Assembly (NCBI GenBank): GCA_035546875.1 | Contig: DASZVZ010000020.1 | Coordinates: forward strand, 2,371 to 66,370 | Length of the DNA: 64,000 nucleotides | Origin: Pseudolabrys sp. | GTDB taxonomy: Bacteria; Pseudomonadota; Alphaproteobacteria; Rhizobiales; Xanthobacteraceae | Reading direction: 5' to 3' | Part shown: piece by piece, positions 29,821 through 39,086 of the stretch | How positions within the stretch are numbered: the stretch's first letter is position 1 | Layout of the letters: every line of letters begins with the position of its first letter | The notes under the pieces: model-generated | Seen by the model: the letters and a program-made list of their open reading frames with translations, nothing else | What the model was told of the DNA's origin: nothing | Databases searched by the model: none | Translations under genes and position numbers: made by a program

Positions 29821-30969
29821 ATGAAAAGAATCACCATGCTCGGCCTCGCGCTGGGCTTTTCCGTCGCGCTCGCCGGTTCCGCCTCCGCGCAAGTGAAGTT
29901 TGGCGTCGGCGGCCCGATCACCGGCGCCAACGCCGCATTCGGCGCGCAGCTCAAGAACGGTGCCGACCAGGCTGTCGCCGACATCAACGCGGCCGGCGGC
30001 ATTCTCGGCCAGAAGCTTTCCGTCGAATATGGCGATGACGTTTCCGATCCGAAGCAGGGCGTTTCGGTCGCGAACAAGTTCGCCGGCGACGGCGTCAAGT
30101 TCGTCATCGGCCACTTCAATTCCGGCGTGACCATGCCCTCCTCCGAGGTCTATCAGGAGAACGGCATCCTCGAGATCACGCCCGCCTCCACCAACCCCAA
30201 GATCACCGAGCGCGGCATGTGGAACATCTTCCGCACCTGCGGCCGTGACGATCAGCAGGGCGCGGTTGCCGGCGCGTACATCCTCAAGCACTTCAAAGGC
30301 AAGAAGATCGCCATCGTCCACGACAAGACGACGTACGGCAAAGGCCTCGCCGACGAAACGAAGAAGGCGATCAACAAAGGCGGCATCAAGGAAGTGCTCT
30401 ACGAAGGTATCAACATCGGCGAGAAGGACTTCTCCGCGCTGGTGTCGAAGATCAAGCAGTCGAACGCCGATCTCGTCTATTGGGGCGGCCTGCACACCGA
30501 AGGCGGCCTGATCGTGCGGCAGATGCGCGACCAGGGCGTCAAGGCTCCGCTGATGGGCGGCGACGGCATCACCACCGACGAGTTCGCTCAGGTCGGCGGC
30601 CCCGGAGTCGAAGGCACGCTGATGACCTACGGCCCCGACGCGCGAAACAATCCGGCCGCCAAGGCGGTGGTCGCGAAGTTCCGCGCCAACAAGTTCGAGC
30701 CGGAAGCCTACACCCTCTACAGCTACGCCGCGGTGCAGATCATCAAGCAGGCCGCGGAAGCCGCGAAGTCGATCGACCCCAAGAAGGTCGCCGAGAAAAT
30801 GCATTCCGGCATGAAGTTCAAGACCGTGATCGGCGACTTCGGTTACGACAAGAAGGGCGACATCACCCGCCTCGACTACGTGATGTATCTCTGGACCAAG
30901 GACAAGGACGGCAAGATCACGTATCACGAGTGCCCGGGCAACGACTGCACCAAGATGAAGATGTACTGA
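29821..30969 (+). CDS. Branched-chain amino acid ABC transporter substrate-binding protein
   Basis: Signal peptide plus LivK/type-I PBP sequence (VKFGVGGPITGANAAFG...). Confidence 0.9.
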   Translation: MKRITMLGLALGFSVALAGSASAQVKFGVGGPITGANAAFGAQLKNGADQAVADINAAGGILGQKLSVEYGDDVSDPKQGVSVANKFAGDGVKFVIGHFNSGVTMPSSEVYQENGILEITPASTNPKITERGMWNIFRTCGRDDQQGAVAGAYILKHFKGKKIAIVHDKTTYGKGLADETKKAINKGGIKEVLYEGINIGEKDFSALVSKIKQSNADLVYWGGLHTEGGLIVRQMRDQGVKAPLMGGDGITTDEFAQVGGPGVEGTLMTYGPDARNNPAAKAVVAKFRANKFEPEAYTLYSYAAVQIIKQAAEAAKSIDPKKVAEKMHSGMKFKTVIGDFGYDKKGDITRLDYVMYLWTKDKDGKITYHECPGNDCTKMKMY

Positions 30970-30987
30970 TCGCCCGTTTGCAAAAGA

Positions 30988-31029
30988 CGGCCCCGGCTGG
31001 AGCGAGCCTCCGCCGGGGCCGATTTGTTT
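30988..31029 (+). terminator. Rho-independent terminator
   Basis: CGGCCCCGG...CCGGGGCCG stem followed by ATTTGTTTT. Confidence 0.75.
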
Positions 31030-31035
31030 TGCGTA

Positions 31036-31770
31036 TCAGCCGATCTTCGACAACGCCGGAAACGTGTCGAGCAGCCAAACGCTCATTTGCGTGATGGTGC
31101 CGGTCAGAAAGGCGATGCCGGTAAGCACGAGAAGCGCGCCCATCGCCTGCTCGACGCGATGAAGGTATTTGCGGAAATGCGTGAGAAACGCCGCGAACGG
31201 CTCGATCGCGAACGCCGCGACAACGAAGGGGATGCCAAGGCCGAGCGAATAGACCGCAAGCAGTCCGGCGCCGCGCGCGACCGTTTGCTGGGACGCGGCG
31301 ACCGCCAGGATCGCCGCAAGGATCGGCCCGATGCACGGCGTCCAGCCGAACGCAAAGGCAAGACCCATCACGTACGCGCCCCACAGGCCGACCGGCTTTG
31401 GCACTTCCACGCGCTTCTCGCGCATCAACAGCGCGATGCGTGTCAGGCCGAGAAAATGCAATCCCATGACGATGATGACGACGCCTGCGACGATCGAGAG
31501 CGTTGCGGAATAGGCGCGGATCAGCGAGCCGACCGCGCTGGCGCTTGCGCCGAGCGACACGAACACGGTCGCAAAACCCAGCACGAACAGCACGGCTGCG
31601 GCCACCGTCTCGCGCTTGACCCTCGGCTCGGTTTCGGCGCTGGCGAGCCGCTCCAGCGAGGTGCCCGCCAGATAGACGAGATAAGGCGGCACCAGGGGCA
31701 GCACACAAGGGGAAAGGAAACTCACCAACCCGGCGATCAGGGCGGCAAAGAGGGTCACGTCGCTATGCAT
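31036..31770 (-). CDS. ccdA: Cytochrome c biogenesis thiol-disulfide transporter CcdA/DsbD-like
   Basis: LSPCVLPLVPPYL and TPCIGPIL motifs; six TMs. Confidence 0.85.
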   Translation of the reverse strand: MHSDVTLFAALIAGLVSFLSPCVLPLVPPYLVYLAGTSLERLASAETEPRVKRETVAAAVLFVLGFATVFVSLGASASAVGSLIRAYSATLSIVAGVVIIVMGLHFLGLTRIALLMREKRVEVPKPVGLWGAYVMGLAFAFGWTPCIGPILAAILAVAASQQTVARGAGLLAVYSLGLGIPFVVAAFAIEPFAAFLTHFRKYLHRVEQAMGALLVLTGIAFLTGTITQMSVWLLDTFPALSKIG

Positions 31771-31869
31771 GGCGCCTTGATGCGATGCATTGCCGCGCGA
31801 AGCAAGCGCCTCGCGTCCTATTCGCCGGAACGTGATCGGCCGTGATAGATTTCATCCGAAGAGGTTTTC

Positions 31870-32865
31870 ATGGCGCGCAATCTCATTACCGATGTCCCCG
31901 GCATCAAGGTCGGCCACGCCGGCGACGCGAAGCTCGGCTCCGGTGCGACCGTCGTGCTGTTCGATGCCGCGGTGGTGGCGAGCGTCGACGTGCGCGGCGG
32001 CGGGCCGGGCACGCGCGAGACCGCGCTGCTCGATCCGGCGCAGACGGTTGAAGGCATCGACGCCATCGTGCTCTCCGGCGGCTCCGCGTTCGGACTCGAC
32101 GCGGCCTCCGGCACGCAAGCCTGGCTGCGCGAGCAGGGCCGCGGATTCCAGGTGCGCGACGCGCGCGTGCCGATCGTGCCGGCGGCGATTCTGTTCGACC
32201 TCTTGTCCGGCGGCGACAAGGACTGGGGGCGCTACCCGCCCTACCGCGAGTTCGGCTACGACGCCGCGAAAAGCGCCGGCGCCGATTTCGCACTCGGCAG
32301 CGTCGGCGCGGGGCTCGGCGCAACCAGCGTCAATCTCAAAGGCGGCATCGGCTCGGCCTCCGCGCAGACGCGCGACGGCATCACCGTCGGCGCCATCGCC
32401 GCCGCGAACGCCGCCGGCAGCATGACCATCGGTGACGGGCCGCATTTCTGGGCGGCGCCATTCGAAGCGGACAAGGAATTCGGCGGACGCGGCTGGCCGG
32501 GCTCGTTTCCGCCGGACGCGCTGAAATTTCGCAGCAAGGGCTCGCCTGGGGAGAATACGACGCTCGCCGTGGTCGCGACCGATGCGAAGCTCACCAAGGC
32601 GCAGGCGAAGCGTCTCGCGGTCATGGCGCAGAGCGGTCTGTCGCGCGCGATTTATCCCGTGCACACGCCGCTCGACGGCGACGTGGTATTCGCTGCCGCC
32701 ATGGGCAAAAAGCCGCTGCCCGATCCGGTGTTTTCGCTCAGCGCGCTCGGCATGACCGCGGCGAATGTGCTTGCGCGCGCGATCGCACGCGGCGTCTATG
32801 AGGCGGCTTCACTCCCCTTCCCCAACGCGCTGCCGAGCTGGAAGGACAAGTTCGCCAAGACCTGA
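31870..32865 (+). CDS. P1/S58 family peptidase (DmpA-like aminopeptidase)
   Basis: NLITDVPGIKVGH...VDVRGGGPGTRET...LSGGSAFGL. Confidence 0.8.
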   Translation: MARNLITDVPGIKVGHAGDAKLGSGATVVLFDAAVVASVDVRGGGPGTRETALLDPAQTVEGIDAIVLSGGSAFGLDAASGTQAWLREQGRGFQVRDARVPIVPAAILFDLLSGGDKDWGRYPPYREFGYDAAKSAGADFALGSVGAGLGATSVNLKGGIGSASAQTRDGITVGAIAAANAAGSMTIGDGPHFWAAPFEADKEFGGRGWPGSFPPDALKFRSKGSPGENTTLAVVATDAKLTKAQAKRLAVMAQSGLSRAIYPVHTPLDGDVVFAAAMGKKPLPDPVFSLSALGMTAANVLARAIARGVYEAASLPFPNALPSWKDKFAKT

Positions 32866-32901
32866 CCAGAACCGGGAGCGGCCTCGGCACGTTGTACCGC
32901 C

Positions 32902-33108
32902 ATGCCATCGACCGCGATATCGGACATCGACTACGACGAAAGCCGCGAGACGTTGACGGTCACTTTTATCACCGGCCGGATGTACGAATATTTCGATCTC
33001 CCCCTCGACGTCGCGCATGCCTTCCAGCGCGCGAGTTCCAAGGGGGCGTTCTTCAATCGGAAAATTCGCGACCGCTACAAATTCCGCGAGATCGCGCGGA
33101 TCAATTGA
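32902..33108 (+). CDS. KTSC domain protein
   Basis: 68 aa, ...LTVTFITGRMYEYFDLPLDVAHAFQRASSKGAFFNRKIRDRY. Confidence 0.75.
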   Translation: MPSTAISDIDYDESRETLTVTFITGRMYEYFDLPLDVAHAFQRASSKGAFFNRKIRDRYKFREIARIN

Positions 33109-34339
33109 AACGCTCGGCGCGGAACGGCGCGGGATCGCAGAACGGCGTTGTGCCGGCGATCATCTCGCCGATGAGACGTCCAGTCACCGGGCCGAGCGTC
33201 AGGCCCCAGTGCGCGTGGCCGAATGCGAGCCACAGACCGGTCTGCCCCGGCGCACGGCCGATCACCGGCCGCGAATCCGGGAAGCACGGACGCGAGCCCA
33301 TCCAGGTCGGACCGATCTGCTCGCCGAGCGAAAAGAGCTCCTGCGCGTTCGGCATGAGCCGGTTGAACTGCACCGGCGTCGGGCTCGCGTCGCGCGCGGC
33401 GAACTCCGCGCCGGTGGTGATGCGGATGCCCTGCTCCATCGGCGTGATCAGGTAGCCGCCGTCGGCATCGAGCACCGGCCGCGACAGGTTGGCGTTGCCC
33501 CGCGCCTTGAAGTGCCGGTGATAGCCGCGCTTGACCTGCATCGGCAGCTTGAGGCCAAGCGGCTTGAGCACGTCCGGCGACCACGGCCCGAGCGCAACGA
33601 TCGCCTCGTTTGCGTCGATCGCGCCCTCATCCGTCTCCACCCTCCAACGCGTGCCGATGCGATGCAACGACGCCGCATCGCCGTTGAGGACGACGCCGCC
33701 GAGCGCGGAAAAGCGCGCGACATAGGCGCGCGTCACCGCCAGCGGGTTGCTGAGGCTCACTGCGCTTTTCCAGAACACGGCGTTGCCGAACACCGGCGCG
33801 AGCGACGGTTCGAGCGCGCGCGCCGCATCTGTGCCGATCGTCTCGATCGGGATGCCGAATTCGGCGGCAACGTCGAGTTCGGCTTCGAGATCCCTGAAAT
33901 GGCGTTCGTCGCGGTAAAGCTTGAGCCAGCCGGTCTTGCGCAAATAGCGTGTCGCGCCGGCCTCGTGCATCAGCGCTTCGTGCTCGGGTATCGCGCGCGC
34001 AAACAGCGGGCGCACCAGCCGCGCGTGCTCGATCAGCTTCGCCGGCCGCGTCGCCGCGCGAAAGGCCATCAGCCACGGAAGAACTTTCGGCAGAAACGAA
34101 AGATGATAGTTCGCCTCCGGCGCACGGTTGAACGCGACGCGCATCAGTCTGCCGAAATCCGGAAATGCCGGCGGGAAGACCGTATTGCCTTCGATGATGC
34201 CGGAATTGCCGTAGGAGGTTTCCTCGCCCGGACCGCGTCGGTCGACGAGCGCGACCGACAGTCCGCGTTTGGCGAGCTGCAACGCGATCGATGCGCCGAC
34301 AATGCCTGCGCCAAGCACAATCGCGTCAGTGCGCGCCAT
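33101..34339 (-). CDS. FAD-dependent oxidoreductase (DAO/D-amino-acid dehydrogenase-like)
   Basis: N-terminal dinucleotide fold DAIVLGAGIVGASIALQLAKRG. Confidence 0.8.
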   Translation of the reverse strand: MARTDAIVLGAGIVGASIALQLAKRGLSVALVDRRGPGEETSYGNSGIIEGNTVFPPAFPDFGRLMRVAFNRAPEANYHLSFLPKVLPWLMAFRAATRPAKLIEHARLVRPLFARAIPEHEALMHEAGATRYLRKTGWLKLYRDERHFRDLEAELDVAAEFGIPIETIGTDAARALEPSLAPVFGNAVFWKSAVSLSNPLAVTRAYVARFSALGGVVLNGDAASLHRIGTRWRVETDEGAIDANEAIVALGPWSPDVLKPLGLKLPMQVKRGYHRHFKARGNANLSRPVLDADGGYLITPMEQGIRITTGAEFAARDASPTPVQFNRLMPNAQELFSLGEQIGPTWMGSRPCFPDSRPVIGRAPGQTGLWLAFGHAHWGLTLGPVTGRLIGEMIAGTTPFCDPAPFRAERFN

Positions 34340-34430
34340 GAAAATCTCCTTTCCCTTGCCTGCAAGCTAATAGCTGGATCGAAGCGGACAAGAGCGGTAT
34401 CAAGTTCCTGCCTGCCGGAGCCGTTGCCCC

Positions 34431-35384
34431 ATGAAAATCATCCGTCCGATCGTGGCCGCGCTCGAATTTCTCGGCCGCCACGGGACCCTCATGGTCGCGC
34501 TATCGATTTTCGTCGGTCTGTTGGTGCCGCAGCTCGCCTCCGGTTTCAAGCCGCTGCTCGGCGAAGCGATCTTCATGATGCTGACTCTCGCCTTTCTGCG
34601 CGTCGACACCGGCGAGTTGCGCGCGCTGTTTGTGCGGCCCGGGCTGGTGCTCGCTGCCTCCGCCTGGGTGATGTTGGCGACGCCGATCGTCCTCGGGACG
34701 CTTTTTCGCGTAGCCACCGTCGACAAGGTGGCGCCCGGGCTGTTCTTCATCTTGATCCTGCAGATGTCGGCACCCGGCCTGATGTCTTCGCCGGCGCTCG
34801 CGGCCTTGATGGGTCTCGACGTCGCCCTGACGCTCGCGAGCCTCGTCGTCTGCGCCGCGGCAACCCCCGTGACCGCGACCTTTTTCACGCATCATTTTCT
34901 GGGCGCCGCCGTCATATCGCCGATACCGTTCGGCTTCATGCTGTTCGCCTACATCGCCGGATCGGCATTGATCGCGGCGGTCATCCGGCGGATCGCCGGC
35001 AAAGCGCGCGTCGAAGCGCAACACGCGCGTATCGACGGCCTCAGCGTCATCGCGATGTTCGTATTCGCCGTCGCGGCGATGGATAACGTTTCGGCGCATT
35101 TCCTCGCCGATCCTGCCAGGGTCGCCAAGCTCGCACTTCTCGCCTTCGGACTTTCGATGGCGCTGATCGTGCTGACGACCTTGATCTTCCTGCCGGCGGG
35201 ACGCGCACGCGCCTTCGCGATCGGCCTGATCGCCGGCAATCGCAATCTCGGCCTGATGCTGGCGGGCACCGGCTTCATCGCGCCGGACGTAGCCTGGCTT
35301 TATTTCGGCCTGGCACAGATCCCGATTTATCTATTGCCGCATCTGCTGAAGCCGCTGGCGGCGCGGCTGGTGCAGGCAGCCTAG
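34431..35384 (+). CDS. Polytopic membrane transporter, bile acid:Na+ symporter (BASS)-like
   Basis: About ten hydrophobic helices. Family call is from overall resemblance only. Confidence 0.55.
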   Translation: MKIIRPIVAALEFLGRHGTLMVALSIFVGLLVPQLASGFKPLLGEAIFMMLTLAFLRVDTGELRALFVRPGLVLAASAWVMLATPIVLGTLFRVATVDKVAPGLFFILILQMSAPGLMSSPALAALMGLDVALTLASLVVCAAATPVTATFFTHHFLGAAVISPIPFGFMLFAYIAGSALIAAVIRRIAGKARVEAQHARIDGLSVIAMFVFAVAAMDNVSAHFLADPARVAKLALLAFGLSMALIVLTTLIFLPAGRARAFAIGLIAGNRNLGLMLAGTGFIAPDVAWLYFGLAQIPIYLLPHLLKPLAARLVQAA

Positions 35385-35743
35385 ATCAGCGCGAGCAGCG
35401 AACCGGCCGCCGGCAGCAGGGCTTGCGCTCCCTTGGTGAGCAGTTGCGCGAACTGATCGGCGGGCGTGCCGTTGGCTGCCGACGGATCGTTCGACTGCTG
35501 GCTCTGCATCGAAATCATCGAGCCGAGCGTGTCGGGGCTGAATTTCGACTGGCCCGTGCTCGCGACCGGCGCGGTCGGACCATCCGTTTCGTCCGTGTCA
35601 TCGGCGGAGTCGGACGTGGCCTGCAACAGTGCCGAAAGCGGATCGGTGACCTTCGATTTGCCTTCCGCGCTCTTGGGGTCCTGCGCCGCATGGGCGTGCG
35701 AATGGTGATGCAGGGCGTGCGTTGCGCCGACTGAAATGGACAT
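35381..35743 (-). CDS. Hypothetical protein with a His-rich N-terminus
   Basis: ATG 35743 with GGAGGA SD. MSISVGATHALHHHSHAHAAQ..., otherwise an acidic, low-complexity protein. Confidence 0.5.
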   Translation of the reverse strand: MSISVGATHALHHHSHAHAAQDPKSAEGKSKVTDPLSALLQATSDSADDTDETDGPTAPVASTGQSKFSPDTLGSMISMQSQQSNDPSAANGTPADQFAQLLTKGAQALLPAAGSLLALI

Positions 35744-36121
35744 GGTCTTCCTCCACAACCGCTCTCCGCCGCCAACTCGCGCGGCGCGGCCCCTGCCGCC
35801 TCTCTCGCAAGACCCGCGCCAGTTCATGCCGCCGCGAGAAACCCTGAATTTACGGACTTTCGCGGCGCCGCAGCCGGTCGCAGCCACTGCAAACCGGCAA
35901 ATTTTGCCGCGTGCGCCGCCCCCCTTTGCCGGGTCCGGCGACCTTGGCGCGTTTGGCGCTGCTGCACTCATCGCCAACGTCGCGGCAGGAACCCACCCCG
36001 CATCATCCGGCGTTCCGCAAAAAAATTAACCGCCGGCTACATCATCTGGGGGTGAGCGATTTGACGCACGTTGCCCAGTACGGCCACGCGTGTTAGTCGA
36101 AGCCGTATCCGGAGACAGTTC

Positions 36122-36796
36122 ATGCGTCCTTTGATCATCGCGCCGTCGATCCTCGCGGCCGATTTCGCAAAGCTTGGCGATGAAATCCGCGCGGTCGAGG
36201 CGGCCGGCGCCGACTGGATCCATGTCGACGTAATGGATGGACACTTCGTCCCCAACATTTCCATCGGCCCGGATGTGGTGAAAGCGATCCGTCCGGTCAC
36301 CGGCAAGACACTCGACGTGCACCTGATGATCGCGCCGTGCGATCCCTATCTCGAGGCCTTCGCGAAGGCGGGTTCCGACATCATCACCGTGCATGTGGAA
36401 GCAGGTCCCCACGTGCACCGTTCGCTGCAGGCGATCCGCGCGCTCGGCAAGAAAGCCGGCGTGACGATGAATCCCGGAACGCCCGCTTCCAGCATCGAGC
36501 ATGTGATCGACATGGTCGACCTTATCTTGGTGATGTCGGTCAATCCGGGCTTCGGCGGGCAGAAGTTCATCCCCTCCGCGCTCGACAAGGTGCGCGAGAT
36601 TCGCACGATGGTCGGCGCGCGTCCGATCGACATCGAGGTCGACGGGGGCGTGACCGCCGAAAATGCCGCCGAGGTGGTCCGCGCCGGCGCCAACGCGCTG
36701 GTCGCCGGCTCCGCTGTGTTCAAGGGCGGCAACTACAAAGGCAACATCGCCGCGATCCGGCAGGCGGCGGCGATGGCGCGAGGTGAAGCGGCGTGA
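36122..36796 (+). CDS. rpe: Ribulose-phosphate 3-epimerase
   Basis: [13 protein letters not shown] and [10 protein letters not shown] motifs. Confidence 0.95.
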   Translation: MRPLIIAPSILAADFAKLGDEIRAVEAAGADWIHVDVMDGHFVPNISIGPDVVKAIRPVTGKTLDVHLMIAPCDPYLEAFAKAGSDIITVHVEAGPHVHRSLQAIRALGKKAGVTMNPGTPASSIEHVIDMVDLILVMSVNPGFGGQKFIPSALDKVREIRTMVGARPIDIEVDGGVTAENAAEVVRAGANALVAGSAVFKGGNYKGNIAAIRQAAAMARGEAA

Positions 36797-36814
36797 ACTG
36801 CGTAGAGGCAAGGA

Positions 36815-37189
36815 ATGACGGATGATGTAATTCCCGAAGATGTTCGGGATTTCATCTTGCGACATATCGACTCGATAACGCAGCTCGAAGCGTTGCTCTT
36901 GTTGCGCGCGAACAGCGAAAAGCGGTGGGATGTTCCTCACGTCGCTGCCCGCCTCTACAGCAGCGAAGACGAAACCAGAGAAGTGCTCACTCGACTGAAC
37001 GCCGACGGGCTGCTGTCGCATGAAGAAGGCCGGTACCGCTATTCGACCTCGGGCGAGATGCAGACGCTGGTCGATCGCACCGCGGAAGTTTACCGGCGCC
37101 ATCTCATCCCCGTGACCAACGTCATCCATGCCAAATCGCCGCGCATCCGCGAATTCGCGAATGCGTTCAAATTCCGCAAGGACAAATAG
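36815..37189 (+). CDS. Hypothetical cytoplasmic protein (possible winged-helix)
   Basis: 124 aa ORF, visibly lower GC than its neighbours. First gene of a tightly packed three-gene set. Confidence 0.6.
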   Translation: MTDDVIPEDVRDFILRHIDSITQLEALLLLRANSEKRWDVPHVAARLYSSEDETREVLTRLNADGLLSHEEGRYRYSTSGEMQTLVDRTAEVYRRHLIPVTNVIHAKSPRIREFANAFKFRKDK

Positions 37190-37191
37190 CA

Positions 37192-37449
37192 ATGGCCGTA
37201 GCGATCTATAGCCTGTGCGCTCTGACCGCCGCTGTCTGCGCCTGGCTCTTGCTGCAGCACTACCGCCGCTCCGGCTACCGCCTGTTGCTCTGGGCGGGGC
37301 TGTGTTTTGCCGGGCTGACGCTCAACAACATCGCTCTGATCTTTGATAAACTCATCCTGCCGACGTGGGATCTTTCGATCTTGCGGACATCGACCGCCTT
37401 GGCGGGCATGGCAATTCTTCTGTATGGACTGATCTGGGACACCGAATGA
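37192..37449 (+). CDS. Small 3-TM membrane protein (DUF5985-like, from memory)
   Basis: Starts 2 nt after the upstream stop; 85 aa. Confidence 0.6.
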   Translation: MAVAIYSLCALTAAVCAWLLLQHYRRSGYRLLLWAGLCFAGLTLNNIALIFDKLILPTWDLSILRTSTALAGMAILLYGLIWDTE

Positions 37450-37721
37450 GTCCGATCGTAAATGCCGTATTGACCGGCGCGGTGGCGATGGCTGCCTTCG
37501 TCGCGACGCTGTTTTTCCTGCGCTTTTGGCGGCAGACGCGCGACACCCTGTTCCTGCTGTTCGCCCTCGCCTTTGCGATCGAGGGCGTAATGCGGTTCAT
37601 CCTCGGCCTCGCGCACCTGTCCAACGAGACGGAGCCGCTCTATTACATTCCCCGTCTTGTCGCATTCGGCCTGATCATTCTCGCGATTGTGCTCAAGAAC
37701 CGCCCGGGACGACAAAATTGA
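37446..37721 (+). CDS. Small 3-TM membrane protein, paralogue of the previous gene
   Basis: ATGA overlap at 37446. MSPIVNAVLTGAVAMAAFVATLFFLRFW... Confidence 0.6.
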   Translation: MSPIVNAVLTGAVAMAAFVATLFFLRFWRQTRDTLFLLFALAFAIEGVMRFILGLAHLSNETEPLYYIPRLVAFGLIILAIVLKNRPGRQN

Positions 37722-37773
37722 CGAAACTTTTTTCACGCCTGCTCCGTCCGGATTTCATGCCGATGGCCGCTCG

Positions 37774-39081
37774 ATGATCCTGCGCTATTCCCGCCCCGAG
37801 ATGACCGCGATCTGGGATCCGCAGACGCGCTTTCGCATCTGGTTCGAGATCGAGGCACACGCCGCCGACGCCATGGCCGATCTCGGCATCGTGCCGAAGG
37901 ATGCCGCCAGAAAGATCTGGGAAAAGGGCAAGAACGCCAAATTCGACGTTGCGCGCATCGACGCGATCGAAGCGGAGGTCAAGCACGACGTCATCGCCTT
38001 CCTGACGCATCTTGCCGAGATCGTCGGCCCCGACGCGCGCTTCGTGCATTCCGGCATGACCTCGTCCGACGTGCTCGACACCTGCCTGAACGTGCAACTC
38101 GTGCGCGCCGCCGACATCCTCATCGCCGGCGTCGACAGGCTGCTCGCCGCACTCAAACGGCAGGCGCTCGAACACAAGATGACGCCGACGGTCGGGCGCT
38201 CGCACGGCATCCATGCAGAGCCGACCACCTTCGGGCTGAAAATGGCCTATGCCTATGCCGAATTTTCCCGCGGCAAAGCCCGCCTCGAGGCCGCTCGCAA
38301 GGAAGTCGCGACCTGCGCCATCTCCGGCGCGGTCGGCACCTTCGCGCAGGTCGATCCGCGTGTCGAAGCGCACGTCGCCAAAGCGATGGGCCTTTCCGTC
38401 GAGCCGGTCTCGACGCAGATCATCCCGCGCGACCGTCATGCCATGTATTTTGCAACGCTCGGCGTCGTCGCCTCTTCCATGGAGCGGCTGGCGGTCGAGA
38501 TCCGTCACCTGCAGCGCACCGAAGTGCTGGAGGCGGAAGAATTCTTCTCCGAGAAGCAGAAGGGCTCTTCCGCGATGCCGCACAAGCGCAACCCCGTGCT
38601 GTCGGAGAACATCACCGGGCTTGCGCGCATGGTGCGCGCCTACTCCCTTCCCGCGATGGAAAACGTCGCGCTCTGGCACGAGCGCGACATCTCCCACTCC
38701 TCGGTCGAGCGCATGATCGGCCCGGACGCTACCGTCACGCTCGACTTTGCGCTCAATCGCCTCGCCGGGATTATCGAAAAGCTGATCGTCTATCCCGCCA
38801 ACATGCAGAAAAATCTCGACCGGCTCGGCGGGCTTGTGCACTCGCAGCGCGTGTTGATCGCGCTCACGCAGAAAGGTGTGGCGCGCGAGGACGCCTACCG
38901 AATCGTGCAGCGCAACGCCATGAAGGTCTGGGCCGGCGAAGGTGATTTTCTTACGCTGTTGAAGGCCGACAAGGATGTGAGCGCAAAGCTCACGCCGCAG
39001 GAGATCGAAGCCAATTTCGACCTCGGCTATCACCTCAAGCACGTCGACACGGTGTTCAAGCGCGTGTTCGGGAGTGCCTAG
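37774..39081 (+). CDS. purB: Adenylosuccinate lyase
   Basis: SSAMPHKRNP signature. ATG 37774 (MILRYSRPEMTAIW). Confidence 0.95.
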   Translation: MILRYSRPEMTAIWDPQTRFRIWFEIEAHAADAMADLGIVPKDAARKIWEKGKNAKFDVARIDAIEAEVKHDVIAFLTHLAEIVGPDARFVHSGMTSSDVLDTCLNVQLVRAADILIAGVDRLLAALKRQALEHKMTPTVGRSHGIHAEPTTFGLKMAYAYAEFSRGKARLEAARKEVATCAISGAVGTFAQVDPRVEAHVAKAMGLSVEPVSTQIIPRDRHAMYFATLGVVASSMERLAVEIRHLQRTEVLEAEEFFSEKQKGSSAMPHKRNPVLSENITGLARMVRAYSLPAMENVALWHERDISHSSVERMIGPDATVTLDFALNRLAGIIEKLIVYPANMQKNLDRLGGLVHSQRVLIALTQKGVAREDAYRIVQRNAMKVWAGEGDFLTLLKADKDVSAKLTPQEIEANFDLGYHLKHVDTVFKRVFGSA

Positions 39082-39086
39082 GCCCG

